DNA of 63,921 nt, counting the filler, from Octopus bimaculoides (Eukaryota), in the NCBI RefSeq assembly GCF_001194135.2. It is 6 parts of 6 records of this genome, joined end to end, with 100 filler letters (N's around TTAATTAATTAA, not from the genome) between each part and the next. Parts side by side here need not be neighbours in the genome. Positions count along the whole stretch, not along the records: positions 1 to 21,643 come from NC_068989.1; 5 more parts are not named here. One strand, written 5' to 3'. Positions 1 to 13,310 of the stretch are shown here, one piece after another. Positions within the stretch are counted from its first letter, which is position 1, and each line of letters opens with the position of its first letter. The notes beneath the pieces were generated by a model. That model was not told the DNA's origin and searched no databases. It saw only the letters and a list, made by a program, of their open reading frames with translations. The translations under genes were made by a program, and so were the position numbers.

Positions 1-84
1 CCTTCCCCCTCCCAAAAAGAAAAGCTCTACATTGTATTTGTCCCATCTTCGTTGAGCCCTATGTGGCTAATAAAAGAAATGTAT

Positions 85-213
<129 letters not shown>

Positions 214-406
214 GATCTATGTATACATCCATTGATATTGTTAAATATCTATTCAGAAATTGAGAGAGTTGGATAGGTGGATACAAAGATGGATAGGTAT
301 AATTATTAAATACGTTAGATATATTGAATATGTTGAATAGTTTGCAACTTTCTAAACAAGAATTTTTTTAGTTATATTTGCACACAAACCGACCGAGGGA
401 AACAAA

Positions 407-2310
407 ATGGATACGGTTACGATTTGTCGAATGCAACGAGGTTACGGAAAGGACATTGGGGATGGATTCAATACACGCACAATACAGCAAAATCTCGTAG
501 AAGTACTATTTAATTTGAAAAAAAATTATCCTGCATATGATACATACATATGTACATTAATACAGGCATTTGGAAAAGATGTAATAAGTAGATATTGGTA
601 CAAGAAGCTGACATTAATATGTATACTGAAAAGGACTACGAAAGCCAGATTGACATGCTACACTGGTTTACTAGACAAGAAGAATGCTGAGGCAAAGAAT
701 GAAGCCAGTGAGCTGGAAGAAAACTATAAGCCCATTGCATGCCTAAACATTATGCACAAACTACCTCAACCGATCCTCCGGGATAATTTAATCACAGAGG
801 GTGATGAGCAGGCTGGTGGAAAGAAGGGAATCTAGGAATGGGCCGAGCAACTTTTGGCAACCAAAGCTGTAGTGTATAAAGTAGAGAAAACAACACTGTA
901 GAATTAATAACAGCATTTTCAACTGACATAAGAATGGAATTTGGCATAAAGAAATCTTCATATTTGATTGCTGAACGTGGTAATCATTCCCCCAGACCCA
1001 AAACATGTATCAGTGGTTTCACTTTCTCCCCTGCTCCAAGCAAAGAATTCTACAAATACCTAGGCATTGATAAAAAACATCATAAGAAGGTAGTGGGAAT
1101 AAAGATAGACTGACCCGAGTATATTATGCTAGACTTTAAAAATATAGCAATGGGAATCCCCCTCTTGCAACATGACGCTATCCCACAATGAGTCTGCAGT
1201 ACAAGTGCTGATTCCAATATTTGGGCTACTTGACTGGTATGCAGCAGCAGTCTACCTGATAAACAGGCTAGATCCTGACATCAACTGGGAATCATCACAG
1301 AGACAAGGATATCTACAGCCTCTACCCAAGAAGAAATGAAGGAGGTAGTGGTTTGAGATCAGTGCAGACAGCCTTCGAATATCGTATAGCACCTGCTAAA
1401 TAATATCTGCAAAATTAACTGTATAACCTTAGTGTTGAAAAGTGAAGACAACAATATCCTACGGTATCGTTATTGAGCTCTTCAAGAAGCAGTCACTTCA
1501 TGATGACTTTCCATGCGACCCTCAAACAGCAAAGAAGAACTGATGTGAAATGTTCAGCGTAATAAAAAAAATATAGTATGCATGGGTAGATTTGAAAATT
1601 TGAAGAAGAGAGTAATATCGACATCATGTGCAATCTCGTGACTTCTACATCATATCACTGTTGGAAGACTATGCGTTTGCATTCAAGGAACAGGAGTTTG
1701 CTAAGAAAAACCTAATAAACAAAGGAGTCCCCAAGTGCAAACGAAAATGTAGTTTATATCATATTTCTGTGGAAGACATCACACACATGACTAACAGTTG
1801 CCCAAGAATGTCCTCAAGGTACTACTCTATGCAGCACGACATCGTAGCTAAATCAGTATACAATACCATTCGAAAAGAAGACTGTCCAAATATACAGAGC
1901 ACTGGTATTATTAAATACATACATAATCATCAACACAAGTAATACTGGTGAGATTGGCCCACCAAAACTTCTATCAAATGTAATCATACCAAGCCGGATA
2001 TTGTTCTTTGGGGAACACAAGAAAAAGTATGTACCGTAATAGAGATCAGCCGCCCTGCTGAAGTGAATATTTCCTTCAAAATCGAAGAAAAAGAGAATAA
2101 CTCCGGACAACTGTTTTGAAACCTCCAGGTTCTATATCTAGACAATAAATACACAATTATATGAATAGTAATTGGTAAGTAAATACCTAAATGACAATCT
2201 GGATAAGGTAGGGTTTTCAAAAAAGAAACCAATCGGCTGACTCGCACATTAAAGGTGCCAATCTGTAAGTAGAAAAGTAAAAGTACGCACGACATTTCTC
2301 AAGTTTAAAA
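407..2310 (+). mobile_element. Decayed R4/Dong-like non-LTR retrotransposon (RT + CCHC + restriction-like endonuclease)
   Basis: Frameshifted motifs in the expected order: RYWYKKLT, NYKPIACLNIMHKL, EQAGGKKG, AVQVLIPIFGLLDW, LYPRRNEGGSGL, C..C...EDITHMTNSC..QHDIVA (CCHC + RHD-like), then HTKPDIVLW..VIEISRP (PD-(D/E)xK). Many stops and deletions. Confidence 0.88.
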
Positions 2311-3661
2311 TGTGAATTTGGTTTTGTTATCTACATTCCAACGATGGAGCTTTGTGCCTTTTTCCTCATAAGATAATTTCAAATAATTAAAAGCAGGAGA
2401 GAACACACACACACTCGCGTGCTTTGTTACCATGAAATTCGTCCTAAATTAGTTTTGAAGATTGATTAGCTTTTTGTCAAATTATGAACTCTTAGTGAAT
2501 CTGGAGATTCTCTGCTAACTAAAGTAAAAAGAAATTTACAAAATTCCTACCGAAATCCTGACTATTAACGATAATAAATTGGATCGAGTTGCAAGTAATA
2601 TATTATTCATAGAATACATAATGGTTAACGATGTCTAGCGAAGGCAATAAATTTTGCTGATGGAATGCTTTACCCTCATATACTCAGATGAGCCTGGGGA
2701 TTATATCACCAAAATGTGTTAGGATTATATGAAATGAAAGAAAATGAAATAAATAATGATGTAAACAAGAAAGTCGTTTGTACAGTTTCTTTTTTCCTTT
2801 AACATTCTTTGACAACGTCAGTTGGTATTTTATCAAGTGGCAAAAGAATCATAGTTTAAGAGAAATGATAAAGAAAAAAAAATGAAGTTCTTTTTAACAA
2901 TTCTTTTCACAAACAGCAAAAGTGGCGCTAAGAATATAGAAATAAAAAGAAGGAAACAATGACATACCGATCCTGTACCACAGTTCCTTCTGACCTTAAC
3001 ACTAGTCTGCATTGATTGACTTAAAAAATATAAAACATTCATTGTCAGCTATTATTTGAGTATTGAAATCTAAAAACTTTGACGGCTAACTTATGTTAGC
3101 AGTTATCGATTTTCTGCCAGTCTTGATTTTATCGTATCACTCATATATGATGATACTCTAGGGAGATGCAATGAAACGTCAAACGTGTAGGGTAGTCTTT
3201 GTAGAAAGAAAACTTGGAATACTACTAAACAGACAAATACTTAGACAGATTCATAGGTAGATAAACATAAAGATATAAAAATATTTCAATACAGAAGTGG
3301 GTAAATACATTGACAGAAACATAGACAGAACAAAGATAGATTCTAAGAAAGATAAACACAAGACTGGGAAAAAGATGAACCAGAAAGTCATAGTATGAAA
3401 TTAGTTCAGAGATGGAAAGAGATTACCTAAGTTTGTATTTATATATTACATACATACATATACACATACATGTATGTATAATGTAGGTGTGTGTTTATAT
3501 GTGTAAATGATATATAGTTATTGAAAATTTTTCATATGTCTTGATCTGGACAATGGAAATTTGGGAATTATTACCCCCCTCGCCCTCTCTTAGATAGTAT
3601 ATGTATACACACGCATATGTATCTATATATGTATGATGGGTATGTGAATATATATTGTGTT

Positions 3662-3716
<55 letters not shown>

Positions 3717-4025
3717 NNNNNNNNNNNNNNNNNNNNNNNNNNNNNNNNNNNNNNNNNNNNNNNNNNNNNNNNNNNNNNNNNNNNNNNNNNNNNNNNNNNN
3801 NNNNNNNNNNNNNNNNNNNNNNNNNNNNNNNNNNNNNNNNNNNNNNNNNNNNNNNNNNNNNNNNNNNNNNNNNNNNNNNNNNNNNNNNNNNNNNNNNNNN
3901 NNNNNNNNNNNNNNNNNNNNNNNNNNNNNNNNNNNNNNNNNNNNNNNNNNNNNNNNNNNNNNNNNNNNNNNNNNNNNNNNNNNNNNNNNNNNNNNNNNNN
4001 NNNNNNNNNNNNNNNNNNNNNNNNN

Positions 4026-4069
<44 letters not shown>

Positions 4070-6488
4070 ACACATCATATAACTAAATATGTGAATATTT
4101 TGTGTGTCCTTCTTAACTAAACTGTAAATAATGATTTTGAGAGATTCAAAATGGTGTCTTGTCAGTGAAGAATATTTTCTCGAAGTTTCTGTTTAAGTAG
4201 GTTAATCCTGCTACTTCTGGTTCAAAGAAAAACCACTGCACGCTTAGAATAATCTCTTGATGGTACTTGTCTTATCCTCATAATGTTATTTGCGTCGCTA
4301 TTGAATGTAGATGTGATGCACTTATTTTCCTCCTTTTCTTCAATATGTGTTGTCTACTCGAATCGAACTGGCATTCCTATGCCGTTTGGGCCTAGTTTTG
4401 TCTCTGCTGATATCCCTTAGCTTGATGCAAATTCTGAAAGTATCACTGCTTATGTGAAAGTTACCTCTTACTAGAATCCATGTCCAAGTTGCAAATTGCC
4501 TGAAGTTCCCCTTATACTGTACCAAATATCCGCATTATCATTAATACATAAAAATATCGACATGATTTTATTGAACGCGCACAGCTCTGACTTTCATTCC
4601 TCCGTAGTTACTCTAGATCTATTCCCAGCAGCAGCGTAAGCGGCATAATCGTCAATTCGGAAATACTTTTAGTACATTACGTTAGAAATAGCGTAGATTG
4701 ATACGCATATTGATACGCATATTCCTCATATGACTGCGATATTATCTCTATTGCCTACCATATATGAACATTTATCCTGACTAAACTGTTTTCAAGTGTC
4801 CGAAGTGAATTCTGTGAATCTTTCTCTATGGTGTTATGAATATTGCTCGAATACAGGGTAAGCTCATCCTAATATCTAACTTTTACATTTACCTATTACG
4901 GCTGACGAAGTATTCACTGCTAAGGCGAAAAGCATTTACGAACAAACTACAAACCTCAGTTCTTTGTCGGAAACCGAATGTTTTTTACCATGATAGATGT
5001 ATGACTTCTAATTTAGTAGATTTGTTGACCATGTTGGTTGTCAATATATATATCTCGATTTCTGTTTATTTTCCAGCACAAACTGAAATGTTGGAGCCAT
5101 ATTGAAAACAAAGGAAATTTGCCAGATTGAAAATCACAGCACACTCACCTTGTCAGAACATGAGAATGTGTTACCGTGCAGTTAGCACTTTTGATATGTA
5201 GAGGTAGGATGATGAAAATGACGCATACAAAACGAAGCAAAACAAATATAGAAATATCCCTGAAGTTCATATCAAGAAATAAATATCTGGTCAGTTGCTG
5301 TAAACAGTGAATCAACAACTTAGTATCATCCGTACTTCATTCTTCGTTCTTATTTCCGTTACAAGAAATCATCTCAACTTTAACATTTCTCTACAGCCGA
5401 TTGCTTTCTGATAACAAGCTCAGTTTTAACAAAAGCAATCATCATTTGTGATGAATATTTCTTTGTCTTGATCTATTGCGATATAATATAATTAATTAAC
5501 TTGTACGTTGTACAGATAATTAATTGACACTTTGAACTGATGTTTTCTATTTATTAAGTACACATATATGGGCGATGAAAGGCCATATTAAAAAGGGAAA
5601 AGCTATATAAACGTAAAAAAACACTGTATAAGCATCAAATGTGACGGTCGGAAGAAAACAATGCGATTGATAATACAGAATAGAAGAAATGCTTCCAACA
5701 TATTCGAAGTCATAAGAAAAATAATTGTAAAGCAAATGTGAATGTGTTAGGCGTAGATCTGAAGTAATATTTTAAACGGTGACAATGCTATGTCACATGT
5801 TAACTGTGATGTTTAGGACCGTATGCTGGAAGAATGCAATAAGATCTTTCGTAAACCATTTATATTAGGTTAATAATAAGCCACTCATCCCTATATACAA
5901 CCACAATTAAATATGGGAATTCTGTATGCAAACAAGCTGATGCAAACATGCTCCAGTAACTGAATCAAATAAAAGATAGAAGATGAAAGATTTGTAGTCT
6001 GTATCATCCTGCCGAGATCCCGTGTCAAAGATGTTTCATTTTCAGCCTTTTCTTCCTTTATCTTGTAAAATAGCGATTCAAAAACGTGCATGGCAAGACA
6101 GAGAAAACAAAAAGCAACATTCGAATAGCAAAGGAAGAATAAAATATAGTGTTTTATTGAAGCGTAAATATTCACAAACTGTTACTTAAAGTTTCATGCT
6201 AACTATCATTTTAAACTTTTCTAATAATACAAAGTTTATAAACTTGAACTTGTATATATCCTGCAGTGGTAATTAGCTGGTAATTCATCAAATACACATT
6301 TAAAGTCAATTTGACAGGTGACAAAGCCTTTTCAAAGTTAATGTAATCCGTTGGATAAAAACGTTAATGAAGAATAATATGAATATTGAAAACGGGTCCC
6401 AGATGAATTAAAAAGTGGACATACAATAATTAGATTTATAGACGCCCACCTATATGTGTATGTATATATATATATATATATATATATA

Positions 6489-6533
6489 CGTATAAGAAGG
6501 GATGACCACTACGTGGGCATCCCTTCTTATACG
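6489..6533. repeat. Near-perfect 45-bp palindrome/hairpin
   Basis: CGTATAAGAAGGGATG (6489-6504) is the exact reverse complement of 6518-6533; inner CCAC/GTGG pair with a 3-nt loop. Confidence 0.95.
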
Positions 6534-6620
6534 CATGTAATACAATTTTCTGAATTATCAGATTTTTTATATGCTAGACCACTGTTTTTTATTTGAAACT
6601 AACATTCAATTTATCACCCT

Positions 6621-6697
<77 letters not shown>

Positions 6698-6893
6698 CAT
6701 CACTAAATACTTGCTTATGTTATTAGTTATTCCATTTTACAATGAAGTATATTTTTAATACTGGTATATATACACATGTATATTATAGTGCCGTTGTGCG
6801 TGTTTGCATCTATATCTACATATCTACGTATACCTCTATGAGTTTCTATGTTTGCGTATATGTGTTTTTACGTGTATACGTACGTATATATAT

Positions 6894-7010
<117 letters not shown>

Positions 7011-7324
7011 TATATCAGTATATATATATATATGTATATGCATGTATGTGTATATATATATATATATACATATGTTTATTTACATATCTATGCGTGCATT
7101 TTTTACATGTATATGCTTGTGTACCTAGTGTGTATGTATATGTATATATTTGTGTATCTTTATGCTTATATGTGCATGTATGCCTCTATATACATATGTG
7201 ATTGAATATACATACACTCTATTCCATATATTTATTACCTTATCGCTTCTATATTTCTTTTCTTAATACATCTTTTATCTCTCTTCTTAACAATAGACTT
7301 CGTAAGTATGATGCAACTTTAATC

Positions 7325-7818
7325 GTCATATTTCCATTTGAATTACCACTTTTCCTCATTTTCTCCTTTATTATACTTCCATGTTACCTTAATAAGTTTC
7401 CTCAGTAAACAAGAGTCCCTAATGTACTTCCACTTCATTCTTTTTAATTCCTCCACCTCCCCCTATATTTTCATAAATGACTACATTAACTTTCTAGTAT
7501 AAGCTTTACAAANNNNNNNNNNNNNNNNNNNNNNNNNNNNNNNNNNNNNNNNNNNNNNNNNNNNNNNNNNNNNNNNNNNNNNNNNNNNNNNNNNNNNNNN
7601 NNNNNNNNNNNNNNNNNNNNNNNNNNNNNNGTCATATTTCCATTTGAATTACCACTTTTCCTCATTTTCTCCTTTATTATACTTCCATGTTACCTTAATA
7701 AGTTTCCTCAGTAAACAAGAGTCCCTAATGTACTTCCACTTCATTCTTTTTAATTCCTCCACCTCCCCCTATATTTTCATAAATGACTACATTAACTTTC
7801 TAGTATAAGCTTTACAAA
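7325..7818. other. 188-bp exact direct duplication flanking an N-gap (probable assembly overlap)
   Basis: 7325-7512 equals 7631-7818, separated only by Ns. Confidence 0.85.
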
Positions 7819-7970
7819 CATAATTTTTTTACGCTAAACTTTCTTCAACTGTGTATACTTTTTTATAAAAAAAAAAAATACCAAGTATTGTTTTTATTGG
7901 TTAGATTTAATTTAGATTGTGTAACGTTTTATGAATGGACATTTTTCTAACTAACTCGCCCTATGTTGCA

Positions 7971-8044
<74 letters not shown>

Positions 8045-8112
8045 CCCTCACACACAAACAAACATACACAAATGCACAAACACAAACGCACACACACACA
8101 CACACACATACA

Positions 8113-8247
8113 ACGGGTTTCTTCAGTTTCCGTTTGCCAAATTCACTCGGGCTGGGGCTATACTAGAAGGCATTTGGCTAAGTTACCACACAACTGAACT
8201 AAACCCAGATCTATGTTTATTAGGAGGCAAACGTCTTAGCACATAGT
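8113..8247 (-). mobile_element. SINE family B, degenerate 5' half
   Basis: Matches the head half of the 24122-24492 copy (TTTCTTCAGTTTCCGT...ACTGAAC). Confidence 0.6.
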
Positions 8248-9512
8248 GATGACTGCACACAAACGTAAATACATGCATAAACACACACACACACGTACAC
8301 GTCACGCACACACATATATAATCGGGCAGTAATTCATAAATCCGAAAAGAAGCACGCTCTAAGACTTTAGAGAAGTGATACCTAAAAGTTTGTTGGTCAT
8401 ACCTGGCCATGCAATACTATTGCTTTAGAACCTAAAAAGTTCTTAGCCCTACAGGTGACACTAGAGGCTCGTTGGTTGGAAGAACATAACCTCTCTAAAA
8501 TTGACAGTAGGAAAAAGTTTTGGACTGCCAAGGTTGTAAGCAAATATGCTGGAACGAAATTCTATTGTGTGAAAATCCTTCCGAGCGAGATTGAGTTATT
8601 TCCTTTAAATCGGGTCCAGTAGTGTCTAAAAATGGTCCGCATACAGATGATAACCGTTCGCTAGCCGGCAATCGTCTCTCAACAATGCTTTCACCAGAAA
8701 TTTCCTCTGATGAAGGCACCGCTCAAATACGTCCCTTTTAGAGTATAAGGAAGTCTCCAGGTCGAGCGAGTTATTGAGGGCCCTTGCTCTCTCAGTCAAG
8801 CAAAGTTTACATAATTTGCGCTAGTTAAGATACAGTCCAGGTCCTTCTAAGAGCTTCCGTTTACTTTTGTATGGCGTACCCTTTTCTTTTAAATACCATA
8901 AGTAGTAGCTGGCCATTCTCTGCAGGCCATAATCAGCAACCTTTTAAGTATATANNNNNNNNNNTATATACAAACACAGAAACCGGCATCGGTGCCCTGT
9001 GGGTTAGTTAAAGTATGTTAACTCTCTTCGTCATTTCCAATTGTGGAAAGCTACAAAAATCAGAAACGCAGTATCTGGTTATTCTATAGCGGGAACCACT
9101 GGGCAAATATGGTGTTAGAACACTTTTCGCCATAAGAGTGAATGTTTTTCCACGATAGCTACTGTGAATTTGCATTTAGAAGTTAAAATATGTCACAGCT
9201 GATGCTGTTATATTTATTCCAATCAGGCGGTCGAATAACGCAACTCGGTCACTAACGTTGACTGTTTCCTTAGTTAAACTAAGACTTAAGATCTGCACAA
9301 GGTTATCTCTCTTCTGAATTTCCTATTGATGAAAGTTGAAGCGCCAGAGACTCAAAGCCTGGAGATCCGAAAGGGGTGAGCACTGGGTTGATATGGTGCC
9401 TTGACATTTTTTTTATCATGAAAGAGAAGTATTCTCCTCTATAGTAACTACAGCGAATTTACCTTTAGAAGTTAGAATATGTGAGAAACATATTTTAACT
9501 AACCTAAAGTTC

Positions 9513-9555
<43 letters not shown>

Positions 9556-9894
9556 CATATATAATTCTAGTCGATGTTATGTAACTATGTTTATCAACGT
9601 CGTGAGAAAAATCTTTGTATTTTCGCTTTTTATTCTTCACTAATCACGTTCAGTGTTATCTTACCCAAACGCTTCACGGCCCCATTTTCCTCAGCAAATT
9701 TACATATTTGTTTGAAGACACATTTGCTCGTTTTAACTTCTGTTTATATTGTGTGTATGTGTATGTATGCGTGCGTATGTGTGTGTGTGTGTGTGTGTGC
9801 ATGCGTGTGTGTATGTGTTCATATCTGTGTGTGTGTGTGTGTGTGCGTGCGTATGTATGCCTATATATCTGTGTGAGTGTATGTCTGTGCATTT

Positions 9895-10086
9895 GCGTTG
9901 TTGTCTTTACCCCATCACCGCTTGACAATTAGTGTCGGTTTGTTTACGTAGTCGTAAGCTAACGGTTTGGCAGAAGAACCGATAGAATAATTACTAGATC
10001 TTAAAAAAACTTAATACTGATTTCAATAAGTTCGACTAAACCCTTCAAATCAGTGCAATCTAATGACTGAAATAAATAAAAGATAA
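9895..10086 (+). mobile_element. SINE family B, 3' half
   Basis: CCATCACCGCTTGACAA...CCGATAGAATAA...TGACTGAAATAAATAAAAGA after a (GT)n tract; matches the 24122 copy. Confidence 0.75.
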
Positions 10087-10780
10087 CAAATATTATTCGT
10101 TTTAAATCTTAATTTTAATCATTGACACTCGCCGTCTGTGGTTTTTGTAAATATAACTTTCTTAACTGTGGACAAACTAACCACAGAGTCGTAGAACATT
10201 TAGTCGTTGGCGTGTTTGTTGGGCTCACACAGTATCGGCTGAGTCAGAAGTAACTGCCATTAGAAAGTAATATATTAAAGTACCCTATAAAAGTTTAATT
10301 GCCTATGCAACTTAATGCTCTATTTACAGAGACATTATCAAGCTAATAATATATTGAGATGAATACCTTTATTCGCTGAAATTACGTCCCAATGTGTTAT
10401 TTGATTGCATTATATTTCGTATAAATTGAATTAGCATTTATATCATAGACCTCTAACTCTATTCTTCAGTAATGTGCAATTCACTGTGAAAAGATAATAA
10501 ATGGACAATGAACAGATACTGCAATTAGATTCTAGTTAAATTATTTTCATTTCAGTTTGCTTAATGTATAAAACATTGTTGGCTGCTTCAAACAAATTTT
10601 AACTTAACGCTATATACTAGCAGATTAAATGATTACGTGTCAGTGACCAAAGTATTTGACACTTAAGTGGCTCACTTCATCGAGTAAAAATCTGGAAGTG
10701 AGAGATAGAGCTAAATACAAAATTTATGACCCTTTAATAGCTCCTGAGTGTTTGATCATGTGATACTGAGAATACTTCAT

Positions 10781-11147
10781 TAGACTGCGGCCATGCTGGG
10801 GCTTCACCTAGAAACATTTTAGTCGAACGAATCTACTCCAGTACTTATTTTTAAAGCCTGGTACTTCTATCACCACTTTTGCCAAACTGCTAAAATACGA
10901 GGACATAAACAAACCAGCATTAGTTATCAACCAGTGGTGGGTAAATACAGACACATTCACATATACATACATACATTTATATATACACATACACACACAT
11001 ACACACGCATATATGATATATATACGACGGGATTCTAGGCGACCTGAGGATACAGTAGAAGAAACTTGCCCAAGATACCACGAGGTAGAACTGAATCCAG
11101 GACCATGTGATTCGGAAGCAAGCTTCTTAACACACAGCCACGCCTGC
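10781..11147 (-). mobile_element. SINE family B, near full length
   Basis: Tail GACTGCGGCCATGCTGG, central (CA/TA)n, CORE-like ACTTGCCCAAG, head AAGCAAGCTTCTTAACACACAGCC. Confidence 0.8.
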
Positions 11148-11302
11148 ATAGAGAATTTTTAGAAAATAAGTTGGATTTCACTGGTAATGCAATATCAAAC
11201 ACATCTTGAGGACCGTTCACACATCCTATCATGGATATGAGGTAGTCGATTCAATGAAGCAACAATGGATGGATGGAGAAAATAAGGAGAATGAAGGAAA
11301 AA

Positions 11303-11528
11303 ATAAAGGAATGGAAATATAATAATAACAGAAAAATACGATTAGATCGATGGGTCTTATAAAGCAGAAGCAATAACATATAACAATAATAATAATACAT
11401 AGTAGGCGCCTTAGGTATAATAAAAAAATATTCAGACAAATACATGACAAAAACACCAGGACTTACAAATATATATAACATACAGAAAATTGCACTACTG
11501 GGCACTGCACACATCCTATGCAGAACAC
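11303..11528 (+). repeat. Left arm of a ~226-bp inverted repeat (partner 15663-15887)
   Basis: Reverse complement of 15663-15887 with one substitution seen; the ORF track gives an identical 70-aa translation on opposite strands. Confidence 0.95.
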
Positions 11529-11660
11529 TTTCAATACAGTAACCATAAGAGCATCACAGCAAACCACAGCACATACCCAAGGCGCACAGAGCTGCGCTCG
11601 GTAGTGAAGTGAAAGCACGTTATAAAAATAAAACTACTCAACAATAATAATAATAATGAT
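11398..11660 (+). mobile_element. 5'-truncated R4/Dong-like 3' end with 3'UTR and (AAT)n tail
   Basis: Translates IVGALGIIKKYSDKYMTKTPGLTNIYNIQKIALLGTAHILCRTLSIQ*, homologous to the RLE C-terminus at 18890-19031; begins right after AATAATAATAAT and ends in (AAT)n. Confidence 0.85.
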
Positions 11661-11671
11661 AATGCTAATGA

Positions 11672-11755
<84 letters not shown>

Positions 11756-11791
11756 TAATAATAATAATACTAATAATACTAATAATAATAA

Positions 11792-11900
11792 TTTCAAATT
11801 TTGGCACAAGGCCGGCAGTTTCAAGGGAGGAGATAAATCAAATTCATCGATCCCAGTGCTCAACTGGTCCTTATTTTATCGATCCCGAAAGGATGAAGAT
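11792..11900 (-). mobile_element. SINE family C, 3' part, tail-to-tail with the R4 fragment
   Basis: TTCAAATTTTGGCACAAGGCC...ATCGATCCCGAAAGGATGAA; reverse complement of the 40282 copy tail. Confidence 0.8.
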
Positions 11901-12076
11901 ATGATGATTATGATGATAATAGTTTACCTCAGAATAACAACAGAAAATATATTGTGCCATCATACTCATATATGTATATTTATGTACAATGCATAAATAT
12001 GTATTTGTGTATTTCGTGCATACAAGTAAATATGAATTTACATACATAAACATATATATACACATACATGAAATCT

Positions 12077-13310
12077 TTCTCTTCCTCTTCTTCTTTCTCT
12101 TCCCCTTCTTCTTTCTCTTCCTCTTCTTCTTTCTCTTCCTCTTCTTATTTCTCTTCTGTCTCTTCTTCTTCTTCTTCTTCTTCTTCTTCTTCTTCTTCTT
12201 CTTCTTCTTCTTCTTCTTCTTCTTCTTCTCCTTCTGCCTCTTCTTCTTTCTCTTCCTCTTCTTTTTTCTCTTCTGCCTCTTCTTTCTCTTCTTCTTCTTC
12301 TTCTTCTTCTTCTTCTTCTGCCTCTTCTTTCTCTTCCTCTTCTTTCTCTTCCTCTTCTTTCTCTTCCCCTTCTTTCTCTTCCTCTTCTTTCTCTTCCTCT
12401 TCTTTCTCTTCCCCTTCTTTCTCTTCCCCTTCTTTCTCTTCCTCTTCTGCTTTCTCTTCCTCTTCTTCTTTCTCTTCCCCTTCTTTCTCTTCCCCTTCTT
12501 TCTCTTCCTCAACTTCTTTCTCTTTCTGTTCTTTCTCTTCCTCTTCTTTCTCTTCCTCTTCTTCTTTCTCTTCCTCATCTTTCTCTTCTGCCTCTTCTTC
12601 TTCTTCTCCTCTTCCACTTCTNNNNNNNNNNNNNNNNNNNNNNNNNNNNNNNNNNNNNNNNNNNNNNNNNNNNNNNNNNNNNNNNNNNNNNNNNNNNNNN
12701 NNNNNNNNNNNNNNNNNNNNNNNNNNNNNNNNNNNNNNNNNNNNNNNNNNNNNNNNNNNNNNNNNNNNNNNNNNNNNNNNNNNNNNNNNNNNNNNNNNNN
12801 NNNNNNNNNNNNNNNNNNNNNNNNNNNNNNNNNNNNNNNNNNNNNNNNNNNNNNNNNNNNNNNNNNNNNNNNNNNNNNNNNNNNNNNNNNNNNNNNNNNN
12901 NNNNNNNNNNNNNNNNNNNNNNNNNNNNNNNNNNNNNNNNNNNNNNNNNNNNNNNNNNNNNNNNNNNNNNNNNNNNNNNNNNNNNNNNNNNNNNNNNNNN
13001 CTTCTTCTTCTTCTTCTTCGTTCACTTCCTCTTCCTCTTCTTTCTCTTCCTCTTCTTTCTCTTCCTCTTCTTTCTCTTCCTCTTCTTCTTCTTCTTCTTC
13101 TTCTTCTTCTTCTTCTTCTTCGTTCACTTCCTCTTCCTCTTCTTTCTCTTCCTCTTCTTTATCTTCCTCTTCTTTGTCTTCCTCTTCTTCTTCTTCTTCT
13201 TCTTCTTCTTCCTCTTCCACTTCCTCTTCTTCTTCCTCTCCTTCCGCTTCATCCACTTCCCCTTCATCCTCTTCCCCTTCCCCTTCCTCTTCTTTTTCCT
13301 TCCTTCCTTT
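12077..13310. repeat. ~1.2-kb polypyrimidine/polypurine (CTT/CTTCCT)n tract with internal gap
   Basis: Almost pure C/T on the + strand; source of the poly-E/K/S pseudo-ORFs. Confidence 0.95.

Noticed and set aside
4290-4530. Coding-like minus-strand stretch
   Set aside because: No motif recognised in any frame; multiple stops.
7325-7818. 188-bp direct repeat as LTR or segmental duplication
   Set aside because: Exact copies abutting both sides of a gap indicate unmerged contig overlap.
8455-8760. Possible exon after CCCTACAG, and a CTGATGAA..CGTC hammerhead-like motif at 8707
   Set aside because: No recognisable protein or donor site; the motif lacks GAAA and stem I.
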